A stretch of DNA of 28,982 bases from a virus (lineage: Duplodnaviria; Caudoviricetes), in IMG/VR virus record IMGVR_UViG_3300036713_000234, positions 1 to 28,982 of that record; one strand, written 5' to 3'. Below, in pieces: positions 1 through 7,117 of the stretch (within the stretch, counting starts at the first letter, position 1; the number at the start of each line of letters is the position of its first letter). The position numbers and the translations under genes are program-made. The notes under the pieces were generated by a model. The model made no database searches, was not told the origin of the DNA, and was given only the letters and a program-made list of their open reading frames with translations.

Positions 1-196
1 CCTCAATATAACTCACGTCTTTACATATTGCATCTTTGAGTTTTCTGCATTTACTTGTTCTTTGGCCTGTACATAAATACAGGGGGTCTCCGCGTTTAAT
101 CGGGTTTTTACGTCCCCTGCGTATCGTCTGACGCTTCTCCCCAGACTCAACCAATGGCGCAAATTGTTTTTTAAAGTTTAAAGTTCTCATCTTCAT
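1..196 (-). CDS. ASCH/PUA-like domain protein (partial, runs off the window)
   Basis: Hand-translated from ATG at 196, adjacent to the upstream stop: MKMRTLNFKKQFAPLVESGEKRQTIRRGRKNPIKRGDPLYLCTG... It has the ASCH signature GxKxxTxR followed by GD. Missing from the ORF track. Confidence 0.75.
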   Translation of the reverse strand, partial: MKMRTLNFKKQFAPLVESGEKRQTIRRGRKNPIKRGDPLYLCTGQRTSKCRKLKDAICKDVSYIE

Positions 197-457
197 TCAC
201 CCCTGTTCATTGTTTGTGTTAATTTGCTTTACTCTTCTAACGGTCTTTGTTTCCTCAACTACCTCAATGCTGTTAGGCCATATATCATCTACAGCGACAT
301 TTAATATCTTGGATATAGCATAGGCATTTTTAAGTGTTGGATTTGCCTTATCACTTTCTAACAAATGCACGTGTGCTTTACTTATTCCGCACATATCGCC
401 TAATTCCTGCAAGCTAAACCCTGATCTGTTTCTATATTTCTTTAGATTACTTCTCAT
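197..457 (-). CDS. Cro/C1-type (XRE) HTH transcriptional regulator
   Basis: LKKYRNRSGFSLQELGDMCGISKAHVHLLESDKANPTL...ISKILNV is a classic HTH_3 pattern. Confidence 0.9.
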   Translation of the reverse strand: MRSNLKKYRNRSGFSLQELGDMCGISKAHVHLLESDKANPTLKNAYAISKILNVAVDDIWPNSIEVVEETKTVRRVKQINTNNEQG

Positions 458-466
458 CTCTATCCC

Positions 467-676
467 CTATTGTTCACTTTGTCTGGTGTTCCATGCTTTG
501 ATTGCATCTTCATTAAACTGTTCAAAGTCAAAAGCATCCGATCTGAATGGTATAGTTTCACCACAATAATCACAGTATGCTATGCCTATAGTCCACTTTC
601 CTTTTTTCCGTAGTTCCTGAATACGAAAGTACTCGTTAATGTTGCTCTTACAGTCTGGACATGGTTTAAGTTTCAT
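467..676 (-). CDS. Lar-like (restriction alleviation) zinc-binding protein
   Basis: LKPCPDC...CDYCG...AIKAWNTR is the Lar family pattern. ATG at 676 is preferred over the track start at 688. Confidence 0.75.
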   Translation of the reverse strand: MKLKPCPDCKSNINEYFRIQELRKKGKWTIGIAYCDYCGETIPFRSDAFDFEQFNEDAIKAWNTRQSEQ

Positions 677-1013
677 CTTCTTCTCCACTAAATGCTTTAT
701 CTAGCCTCTCAATAGCCTCGGTTTTCATTGTTCTCCTTGCCTCGCCCATCAAGTACCATGAAATAGACGTTCTCACTGATTTATCAGGAATAAGCAATGC
801 GTAGTGCTTATCTGTTTTAATTAGGCCGTTCATTTCTACTGGATATGGCTCTGGTGATAATTCAACAGCTTCAATCGCTCTCTTCTTGCATAGCGCCAGG
901 ATTTCGTCTACCTTCACATGTGAAATAGGCTCGTTATTAATTCCCGCATTATATATTGACTGGCACTTATCAATAACCATGTCACGAAGTTCTATCTCGT
1001 CTCTTATGTTCAT
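666..1013 (-). CDS. hypothetical phage protein
   Basis: 115-aa ORF overlapping both neighbours in the leftward operon. Confidence 0.7.
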   Translation of the reverse strand: MNIRDEIELRDMVIDKCQSIYNAGINNEPISHVKVDEILALCKKRAIEAVELSPEPYPVEMNGLIKTDKHYALLIPDKSVRTSISWYLMGEARRTMKTEAIERLDKAFSGEEDET

Positions 1014-1144
1014 TTCTCAATCAACTCAGCAAGTAATTTATTAACCCATTGCCTTAATGTTAAGTCAGCATTTTTAGCCATGCGTTTTGCTTTTGCTTTA
1101 TTTCTCTTTGTTATTTCCACATAAAGATATGTTTTATCTGCCAT
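1010..1144 (-). CDS. Arc/MetJ-like ribbon-helix-helix DNA-binding protein (44 aa)
   Basis: Hand-translated MADKTYLYVEITKRNKAKAKRMAKNADLTLRQWVNKLLAELIEK: an alternating beta strand then two helices. ATGA overlap with the next gene; first gene after the leftward promoter. Confidence 0.7.
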   Translation of the reverse strand: MADKTYLYVEITKRNKAKAKRMAKNADLTLRQWVNKLLAELIEK

Positions 1145-1178
1145 TAGTATTCTCTGTTATTGTAGTGTTTGTGCTGTT

Positions 1179-1207
1179 ATTCTATAATAGAACATATACA
1201 ATAGCAA
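1179..1207 (-). promoter_or_regulatory. leftward sigma70 promoter
   Basis: Minus strand TTGCTA (1207-1202), 17 nt, TAGAAT (1184-1179). The inverted repeat TTCTAT-A-ATAGAA (1180-1192) overlaps the -10 box. Confidence 0.65.
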
Positions 1208-1235
1208 TTTATTTTATATGTAACGCAAATATTTC

Positions 1236-1264
1236 TTGACAGTCACTATCTGTAGGACTAAGCT
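1236..1264 (+). promoter_or_regulatory. rightward strong sigma70 early promoter
   Basis: TTGACA (1236-1241), 17 nt, TAAGCT (1259-1264), with an AT-rich UP-like tract upstream. Confidence 0.75.
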
Positions 1265-1271
1265 AGATTCA

Positions 1272-1470
1272 CAGTAAGAAATTACTGCTTATTAACCACT
1301 AACCACAGGAGACTAACACCATCAACTAATCCGTTAGAAGCGGACAAACCAGCAAACGATGATTAATTTTTGATACGCGCTGAAAGGCTAGGGCTTGTAT
1401 CCCGAATGAATCACTACAAGGGCTATCGGAAATGCAGGTGTTGAAGCTACGGCCCAAGTGGAGCCTGCCT
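1272..1470 (+). other. long structured 5' leader (candidate cis-regulatory RNA)
   Basis: Hairpin CAGTAA-GAAA-TTACTG at the predicted start site, then TCCGTT-AGA-AGCGGA, CTTGTA..TACAAG and GCAGG..CCTGC stems. No sizeable ORF. Confidence 0.4.
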
Positions 1471-1499
1471 TTCTTAACTAACTACAGGTAAATTATTAA

Positions 1500-1724
1500 A
1501 TGGATAATCAACACAAGAAAATAACAGGCTACCGCGATTTAAGTCAGGAAGAAATTGACTTAATGAATGAAGGTAAAAAACTTGCTGCGAAGTGCGGTGA
1601 CTTTATTGCCAAGCTGGAAGCCACTGAAAGCACAGACAAGCGAAATGTTGCACTGGGTAAAACTAATTTACAGCAGGGCTTTATGTGGGCTATTCGTGGA
1701 GTGGCACAACCAACGACATTTTAA
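1500..1724 (+). CDS. acb2: Acb2-family anti-CBASS cyclic-oligonucleotide sponge protein
   Basis: [23 protein letters not shown]...K...R..[14 protein letters not shown].VAQP closely matches Pseudomonas phage Acb2 as recalled ([23 protein letters not shown]...AIGKT..Q.GMM..IRAIAQP). Y11 and K26 are conserved. Confidence 0.92.
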   Translation: [74 protein letters not shown]

Positions 1725-1737
1725 TATTACAACTTTA

Positions 1738-1807
1738 TGGTGGTAGCACAGGTTCCGGCTCCTGACAAAAGCCGACAAGTGTTATAGATGCAGTTATAAC
1801 ACAACCA
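1738..1807 (+). other. intergenic twin-hairpin element
   Basis: CGGCT/AGCCG (1756-1774) and GTGTTATA/TATAACAC (1779-1802), possibly closed by TGGT/ACCA. No U-tract. Confidence 0.4.
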
Positions 1808-1842
1808 AAGGCAAGTTATTAATCAACAACAAGGGGTAAGAA

Positions 1843-2133
1843 ATGCAAGACTTTGACATAAAGAATCCACCAGAAGAAATTACCGTAACAATCTATCTAG
1901 GCATTAGTGATGAATATGGCTGGCTTCGATTGTTAGAATCTGAGGTAGACATATATACTATAGTAAGCGAGCCTGTTCAAGTTACATTCAAAATAGCCAG
2001 CCGTGAAGCCATAACCAAAGGTGTTATTGAAGGAATGAGGAAAGAAGAACAAAATATCAGGGCTGAAGCTGAGTCTAAATGTAAGCGGATTGACGAGAAG
2101 ATACAGAGTTTATTGGCAATCGAAAGTAAGTAA
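1843..2133 (+). CDS. hypothetical phage protein, C-terminal coiled coil
   Basis: RBS AAGGGG upstream; 96 aa. Confidence 0.8.
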   Translation: MQDFDIKNPPEEITVTIYLGISDEYGWLRLLESEVDIYTIVSEPVQVTFKIASREAITKGVIEGMRKEEQNIRAEAESKCKRIDEKIQSLLAIESK

Positions 2134-2151
2134 TCACAAAAGAGGAAAGAG

Positions 2152-2409
2152 ATGAAGAAATTAATAGAAATAACAGAAGAGTCTGGAATGGAATCATTGA
2201 TGGGCGAGGTAATAACAATATTTAGCCTAAACTACATATACACAGGCAAATTAGTTGGCGTTAACGACACCTGTGTATTATTGCAACACCCAAAGATTGT
2301 TTACGAAACAGGCAGTTTTTCTAATAAAGAATGGAAGGACGCGCAAGACCTACCCAATGACTTGTTTGTTCAGCTTTCATGTATTGAGTCTTTCGGGCTT
2401 GTTAAATGA
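2152..2409 (+). CDS. Sm/LSm(Hfq)-like fold protein
   Basis: Short helix then LMGEVITIFSLNYIYTGKLVGVNDTCVLLQHP (Sm1-like: G.V.I....Y.G.L.G.D...L.L) and LFVQLSCIESF (Sm2-like). RBS GAGG. Confidence 0.65.
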   Translation: MKKLIEITEESGMESLMGEVITIFSLNYIYTGKLVGVNDTCVLLQHPKIVYETGSFSNKEWKDAQDLPNDLFVQLSCIESFGLVK

Positions 2410-2627
2410 TAAGGGGCAAGAAGCAAAAATGGTATAGGTCTAGGTCTGGGTCTAGGTCTGGGTTTGGGTCTAGGTCTGGGTCTAGGTCTTGGTCTGGGTC
2501 TAAATCTAAATATTGGTCTGGGTCTGGGTCTGGGTCTGGGTCTAGGTCTAGGTCTAAATCTAAATATTGGTCTGGGTCTAAATCTGGGTCTGGGTCTGAG
2601 TCTTGGTGTAGGTCTAGGTCTGTTTGA
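2406..2627 (+). CDS. alternating-Ser (SR/SG/SK/SW) low-complexity basic peptide
   Basis: ATGA-coupled to the Sm-like gene. Non-repetitive leader MIRGKKQKWY followed by (S-x)n; all Ser codons are TCT. Confidence 0.65.
   Translation: MIRGKKQKWYRSRSGSRSGFGSRSGSRSWSGSKSKYWSGSGSGSGSRSRSKSKYWSGSKSGSGSESWCRSRSV
2437..2622 (+). repeat. hexamer tandem repeat (TCT-RGG variants) with a 29-bp internal duplication
   Basis: Runs of GGTCTA/GGTCTG; GGTCTAAATCTAAATATTGGTCTGGGTCT occurs at 2497 and 2551. Confidence 0.95.
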
Positions 2628-2720
2628 ATGGTAATAATACCAATATCAATAGCAGTCCCCGTCCTATGCCTCCTGGTAGTGGCTGTGGCGGGGTTAATCA
2701 TAGTGATAAGGGGTAGGTGA
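2628..2720 (+). CDS. single-TM micropeptide (30 aa)
   Basis: MVIIPISIAVPVLCLLVVAVAGLIIVIRGR exactly fills the gap between the SR peptide stop and the next start. It has a positive-inside tail. Confidence 0.55.
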   Translation: MVIIPISIAVPVLCLLVVAVAGLIIVIRGR

Positions 2721-3010
2721 TGGATAAAGATTTAACAAAGCTGAATAAGTGGAGTGCAAAAAAACTCGGCAAGCGCGTTTATCATGGATTTGATAACGGG
2801 ATTTACGATGATGAAGATAATGAATGGAATCTCGAAGACGCAAGGTGCATGGAGATATTCAGGGAGAAGTTTAAAGTTGATACAACATTCGATTTTGACG
2901 GCAAATTATGGTGGTCTTGTGAAAGCGGTCAATCTGAACATGGGGAAACAATCAAAGAAGCAGAGTTAGCTTGTGCTTGGGCTATTATGGAGACAGAGAT
3001 ATGTGTTTAG
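2717..3010 (+). CDS. NinX-like / phage ABA-sandwich-like protein
   Basis: LNKWSAKKLG...WNLEDARCMEIFREKFKV...W...GETIKEAELACAWA resembles this family's pattern. Confidence 0.45.
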   Translation: MMDKDLTKLNKWSAKKLGKRVYHGFDNGIYDDEDNEWNLEDARCMEIFREKFKVDTTFDFDGKLWWSCESGQSEHGETIKEAELACAWAIMETEICV

Positions 3011-3255
3011 ACATAGGTAAAGCAGAAACAAAGCAACAAATTATTTATGAGCAATTGCGCTTTATAAGAATGCAGGAAGATGATGGCATACCAGCAAAAT
3101 TTATTAAAGTACGGTGCGTTTGTCTAAAATTAGTATCGTGGAAGGACATGCACCGTTGTTTATATTGCAGTGTGTTTTATTGTAAAGAATGTGCAGAACA
3201 GCACTTTGGTAAAACGATTGAGCAGTACCGGGCTGAAAACCCTTTACACTCATAA
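3001..3255 (+). CDS. Cys/His zinc-finger protein
   Basis: CVC...CLYCSVFYCKECAEQHFG. ATG at 3001 has an RBS-like GGAG/GAGA. The stop codon lies inside the end box of the attC site. Confidence 0.65.
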   Translation: MCLDIGKAETKQQIIYEQLRFIRMQEDDGIPAKFIKVRCVCLKLVSWKDMHRCLYCSVFYCKECAEQHFGKTIEQYRAENPLHS

Positions 3256-3325
3256 CGCGGTGATAAGTGGCGCTGCGCTTTTTGCAGCGTCCAAGCCGTA
3301 GGCGAACTTTATTAAATTGTTATAT
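3250..3325 (-). mobile_element. integron attC-like recombination site (solitary)
   Basis: Minus strand reads ATATAAC-AATTT-AATAAAGT-TCGCCTACGGCTT-GGACGCTGCAAAAAGCGCAGCGCC-ACTTATC-ACCGC-GTTATGA. This gives R''(TAAC), L'', L' and R'(GTTA) boxes, an imperfect palindrome, and unpaired bases on the R''-L'' arm. Confidence 0.7.
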
Positions 3326-3338
3326 TTTGGAGTTGATT

Positions 3339-3548
3339 ATGGATCAGGTAGAAATAAACAAAATAATGTCTGATATGCAAGATGTTTATAAAAAAGAAGA
3401 AGAGCATCTTTTAAAGATCGCGCCACGATGCCACAACAGGCCAATGGTGCTAACTGAGGGTGATCTTGACGATGGCATTGTAAGCTCTGAGTGGTGGGAA
3501 TGCTCAGTTTGTGGACACACTAAATCTGGGACGATGAAATGGGGCTAA
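3339..3548 (+). CDS. small zinc-ribbon protein
   Basis: RBS GGAG then ATG at 3339; PRCHNRPM...WECSVCGHT. Confidence 0.7.
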   Translation: MDQVEINKIMSDMQDVYKKEEEHLLKIAPRCHNRPMVLTEGDLDDGIVSSEWWECSVCGHTKSGTMKWG

Positions 3549-3612
3549 GAACAGCAATGGATTTCAGGCGGGAAGCAATTGAAGCAATCACCAAAGCTTT
3601 CAAGGGGGAGTA

Positions 3613-3963
3613 ATGACAGACCAGGCAGACATAGATCAAATTGAATGGGATCGTTCTCAGATGGCATCAGAGTCACTCAGTACCGAGCTTGATGCCAGAA
3701 CTAAAAACGTATGGGCTGATAATGACAATCTTGCCTATTACGTTGGACAAGACGCAGATATTATCGAGTCTATTATTGAGGGGGAGATTTCGCGTCAATA
3801 TCAGACGGCATTTATTGAGGGCGGGGTAATTGATTTTGATCTTCAGGCAATTATTGAGGCGTATCCTGAAGTGATAGCAGGCATTATCCGCCACTATCCA
3901 GAGATTAAAGAGCGGCTGAACAACAGCATAGTTAATGCTATTGAGAATGATTTAGGTATATAG
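3613..3963 (+). CDS. hypothetical acidic phage protein
   Basis: Strong RBS AAGGGGGAG; 116 aa. Confidence 0.8.
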   Translation: MTDQADIDQIEWDRSQMASESLSTELDARTKNVWADNDNLAYYVGQDADIIESIIEGEISRQYQTAFIEGGVIDFDLQAIIEAYPEVIAGIIRHYPEIKERLNNSIVNAIENDLGI

Positions 3964-3972
3964 GGGAATAAG

Positions 3973-4596
3973 ATGTACGAAACATACGACGAAAAGTACG
4001 CACGCACAAAAGACCGTATTGCAAGAGTTAGGGGGACAAGAATGAACACTAAATTAAACAAAGCTACAAAATACTCAGGCAATTATAAAGGGATTAACTT
4101 TTTAATATCACTGCATGGTGTCGATGATACTTATCGGCCTGATGGGACATGGTGTTATTACTTGCTAATAAATGAAAAGCAACTGCCAGATGAATATAGA
4201 AAAGACTTTATATTAGAACCTGTTTTTGATGATAAAGGCCGTTTATCGCATGACTATTATGCAACTAATATTGCAGACCTTGATTGGCATTGTGGTATCA
4301 CTTACTACAGCAAAGAGGGTGGAGCCGATGGTGAACCCATTACAGTAAAAATTGGCTGTGATTACGCTCACTACTGGGACGAGGGTAAATTCTTCGATGT
4401 TGATATAGTGTTGAATGATGTTAAGGGGTCTATTGATAAACTTTATGCGCTATACCCTAAAATTAAGATTTGTTCTTCGCTTTATGGTGGATACTTTAGT
4501 ATTGATGAAGGGGAGTTTAATAAACATGGAAACTTTGTATCGTTTTCTGAAAAAGAACAATGGGATATTGATTATCCTAAAAAGGTCTCACAATGA
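3973..4596 (+). CDS. conserved hypothetical phage protein (HxGxTY...GxDxAH motif)
   Basis: WHCGITY...KIGCDYAHYWD motif, seen in many phage hypotheticals. Alternative start at 4042. Confidence 0.75.
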   Translation: MYETYDEKYARTKDRIARVRGTRMNTKLNKATKYSGNYKGINFLISLHGVDDTYRPDGTWCYYLLINEKQLPDEYRKDFILEPVFDDKGRLSHDYYATNIADLDWHCGITYYSKEGGADGEPITVKIGCDYAHYWDEGKFFDVDIVLNDVKGSIDKLYALYPKIKICSSLYGGYFSIDEGEFNKHGNFVSFSEKEQWDIDYPKKVSQ

Positions 4597-4757
4597 ACAT
4601 AAAGAAAACAGCTAAAGAAATGATTGAGCGTCTTGAGATTACAGATAAGCAGGACAAGGATTATGTTACAGAGGTACTAAAACTTGTGCGCGACACGGTA
4701 CGACTAGAAGTAGCCCAAGAGCGAGTACGTGAACTAATGACAGTGGTGGGGAAATGA
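4593..4757 (+). CDS. hypothetical 54-aa helical protein
   Basis: MNIKKTAKEMIERLEITDKQDKDYVTEVLKLVRDTVRLEVAQERVRELMTVVGK; ATGA overlaps at both ends. Confidence 0.65.
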   Translation: MNIKKTAKEMIERLEITDKQDKDYVTEVLKLVRDTVRLEVAQERVRELMTVVGK

Positions 4758-5146
4758 CTAAACAAGAATTAACAGAAATATTTGATATGTTTGCCAAGAC
4801 TTCTATCAAGGAAATGGATGGTAGATATGTCCTTTATGGTCATAACGTCACTGTAGATATTATCGGCACAATATGGGACGTATGGCTGTGTAATGCAAAA
4901 GGTTTTCTACATGGTGATATGACCGCTTATCTCGGTACAGGAAAACTGAATAATATCTGCTCAACTTTACCATCATCAATCAAAGTCACTGAATATGATG
5001 GCGAACGAAGTTTCGAGACTAATGATATTCACTGGCTGAAAACATGGCTTTATGAGAACAGAAAGGCTTTAGGGATAGCTAAACGGAAAAAGGTAACAGG
5101 AACACCTTATTTCTCACGAAAAGGCACGCTTACAGGCACCGTATGA
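4754..5146 (+). CDS. hypothetical phage protein
   Basis: 130 aa, coupled start. Confidence 0.75.
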   Translation: MTKQELTEIFDMFAKTSIKEMDGRYVLYGHNVTVDIIGTIWDVWLCNAKGFLHGDMTAYLGTGKLNNICSTLPSSIKVTEYDGERSFETNDIHWLKTWLYENRKALGIAKRKKVTGTPYFSRKGTLTGTV

Positions 5147-5156
5147 GGATTAACAC

Positions 5157-5273
5157 ATGAAACCGATACCAATGGTCAAACAGGCAAACGAATTACTACA
5201 GGAAGCTATGACCGCACAAATAGCACTAGAACGCAGATGTAATATTATATTCAAAAAGAGGATGAGAAAGTGA
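5157..5273 (+). CDS. hypothetical 38-aa peptide
   Basis: RBS GAGG; MKPIPMVKQANELLQEAMTAQIALERRCNIIFKKRMRK; GTGA overlap with the next gene. Confidence 0.55.
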   Translation: MKPIPMVKQANELLQEAMTAQIALERRCNIIFKKRMRK

Positions 5274-5461
5274 AAGTACACGTAATATGCTGTAATGATT
5301 CTGTTGAATATGCAGTAGTTAATGATGAGTCAAGAGCTAAAGATAAAATGACTGAAATGAGCGACGACTATTGGAATAGAAATAAAGGTATGCTTAATTG
5401 CACACGCGAAGAATATGAAAAAAGAATGTTCTGGCACATACATACAGTAAGCGGAGAATAA
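5270..5461 (+). CDS. hypothetical phage protein
   Basis: 63 aa, GTG start with RBS GAGG. Confidence 0.65.
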   Translation: MKVHVICCNDSVEYAVVNDESRAKDKMTEMSDDYWNRNKGMLNCTREEYEKRMFWHIHTVSGE

Positions 5462-5462
5462 A

Positions 5463-5648
5463 ATGAGCAAGATAATGACTGAAATCTTGAGACAACAGGA
5501 ACAGAACGGTATTAATCTGATTAAACAACAGCGGGAAGTAGATTATTACAGTGATGGGTCTTATTGTGATCCTGATGAGATACAGAAAGAGCTGGAGAAT
5601 GATCTAGAATTTCAGAAGTTCCTTGATACTCTGGAAGAATGTTTTTAG
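5463..5648 (+). CDS. hypothetical phage protein
   Basis: 61 aa, RBS GGAG. Confidence 0.65.
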   Translation: MSKIMTEILRQQEQNGINLIKQQREVDYYSDGSYCDPDEIQKELENDLEFQKFLDTLEECF

Positions 5649-5698
5649 GTAACTGGCAAACCTTAATTGCCAACATAAACGAAACAGAGGTAAACGAA

Positions 5699-6304
5699 AT
5701 GTCTATAATCGCAAAAAATGAAGGCGGTGACTTTAAACAATTAGAACCTGGTACTCACTTTGGACGGTGCTACATGATAATTGATTTAGGTCATCAGAGA
5801 AATGAGTTTGAAGGTCAGGTGTCAGTTAAGCATCAGGTCATGGTTGCCTGGGAGGTTCCGACAGAAAGACTTGAAGACGGTCAACCATTGGCTATTTCCA
5901 AGTTCTACACCTTATCACTTCATCCAAAGTCTAATATGGGTCAGGATTTAGTTTCATGGAGGGGTAGACAGTTTACTCCAGAAGAAGAAGCAGGCTTTGA
6001 CGTGTCTAAATTGATTGGTGTTCCCGCTATGCTATCGGTAGTTGATAAGAAAGGTAAAAGTCGCGTCAGCAGCGTCTCAGGCCTTCCTAAAGGCACTTCT
6101 ATGGAAGATCAGGTAAACCCTTCTACTATCTTCTCAATGGAAGACTACAGAAACGGAGATACATCGGTATTTGACACTTTAAGTGAAGGTATCCAGGGAA
6201 TGATTCTCAAGTCAGAAGACTTGAAAGTTAAGGAAGACTTCCAATCTCCTATTGATGAAAGAAATCCACCTGATGATGGGTTTACCGATGATATTCCGTT
6301 CTGA
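5699..6304 (+). CDS. phage single-stranded DNA-binding-like (OB-fold) protein
   Basis: EPGTHFGRCYMIIDLGHQ...WRGRQFT..E..GFDV.KLIG.P with an acidic DDIPF C-terminal tail. RBS GAGG before ATG 5699. Confidence 0.75.
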   Translation: MSIIAKNEGGDFKQLEPGTHFGRCYMIIDLGHQRNEFEGQVSVKHQVMVAWEVPTERLEDGQPLAISKFYTLSLHPKSNMGQDLVSWRGRQFTPEEEAGFDVSKLIGVPAMLSVVDKKGKSRVSSVSGLPKGTSMEDQVNPSTIFSMEDYRNGDTSVFDTLSEGIQGMILKSEDLKVKEDFQSPIDERNPPDDGFTDDIPF

Positions 6305-6624
6305 TGGCTATCATAGCTAACAGCGACAATGAGCATGACAAGGAGGTCATGTTATTAAAACAAAGATTAAAGCGCACCCAGGCTCTCTGTAGGGCTGTTT
6401 ATGCCTACAGTGACGAGATAGCACAGATTAAGGAGTTTATCGCCTCAGACATGCTTACAGAAGCCTCTGGATGGTGGAATGACCTCGATTATAAAGTACA
6501 GAAGCTACTAATCACTGCGCCTCTGTATGGAGGGCCGTTCACTACATCAGAAAGAGCAGTTATTAAGAGTCTGTGGAAGATAAGTACAACTGACATAGAA
6601 GAATGTTTACAAGGTGACACATGA
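6304..6624 (+). CDS. hypothetical phage protein
   Basis: 106 aa, TGATG coupling; AP..GGPFTT.ER motif. Confidence 0.75.
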   Translation: MAIIANSDNEHDKEVMLLKQRLKRTQALCRAVYAYSDEIAQIKEFIASDMLTEASGWWNDLDYKVQKLLITAPLYGGPFTTSERAVIKSLWKISTTDIEECLQGDT

Positions 6625-6770
6625 AAAAATACATGCTATGCAAGCACAAAAAAACTAAAGAAAAGATGATTATACTCGCCACTGATTCAAGATACGGACA
6701 CAGACAGTGGATAGAATATAAGCGATGCTGTGTTAATTGTGGAAAGGTGGTACATGATTCTTGCCCCTGA
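6621..6770 (+). CDS. small zinc-ribbon protein (49 aa)
   Basis: MKKYMLCKHK...KRCCVNCGKV; ATGA overlap. Confidence 0.6.
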   Translation: MKKYMLCKHKKTKEKMIILATDSRYGHRQWIEYKRCCVNCGKVVHDSCP

Positions 6771-6778
6771 TTAGGTAA

Positions 6779-7117
6779 TCACCACATACCATTTTCACGA
6801 GCCTTTCCGCCGCCAAACAACCATGTGAAGGTATACCAGTATTGCGCCCTGATCCAGCGACCTTCTGACTTTAAAATATCACTCAATATCTGTGATGCTT
6901 GCCTGTTATTACACTTAGTCCCGTCATCAAATACGCCGCCTATCGGTTTAGGACCACTACCTAACCAGTTACCGCAGAGCCAGTCGTGAACCTTCCATGC
7001 TTCTGACTGTATATCTATAGCACCAGTCGCGCCATCTGTTAGATAGCCCTGCGGAACAGTTACGTGTTTTTTATACCGTTCACTGTAATATTTAATTGTG
7101 TAGTTTGTTTTATACAT
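6779..7117 (-). CDS. DUF1353-like protein
   Basis: VPQGYLTDGAT...VHDWLC...FGG matches DUF1353 motifs; this family commonly lies near lysis and tail genes. Confidence 0.7.
   Translation of the reverse strand: MYKTNYTIKYYSERYKKHVTVPQGYLTDGATGAIDIQSEAWKVHDWLCGNWLGSGPKPIGGVFDDGTKCNNRQASQILSDILKSEGRWIRAQYWYTFTWLFGGGKARENGMW

Noticed and set aside
1375-1470. tRNA gene
   Set aside because: No T-loop GTTCRA and no cloverleaf.
2437-2622. CRISPR array or telomere-like repeat
   Set aside because: No spacers; the variation is codon-wise, consistent with coding sequence.
2402-2701. Minus-strand DP/DL-repeat ORF
   Set aside because: Antisense shadow of the hexamer repeat; it opposes the operon, and the plus-strand ORF has coupled start and stop.
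3267-3338. N-terminal extension of the 3267-3548 ORF
   Set aside because: It runs through the attC site; the RBS supports ATG 3339.
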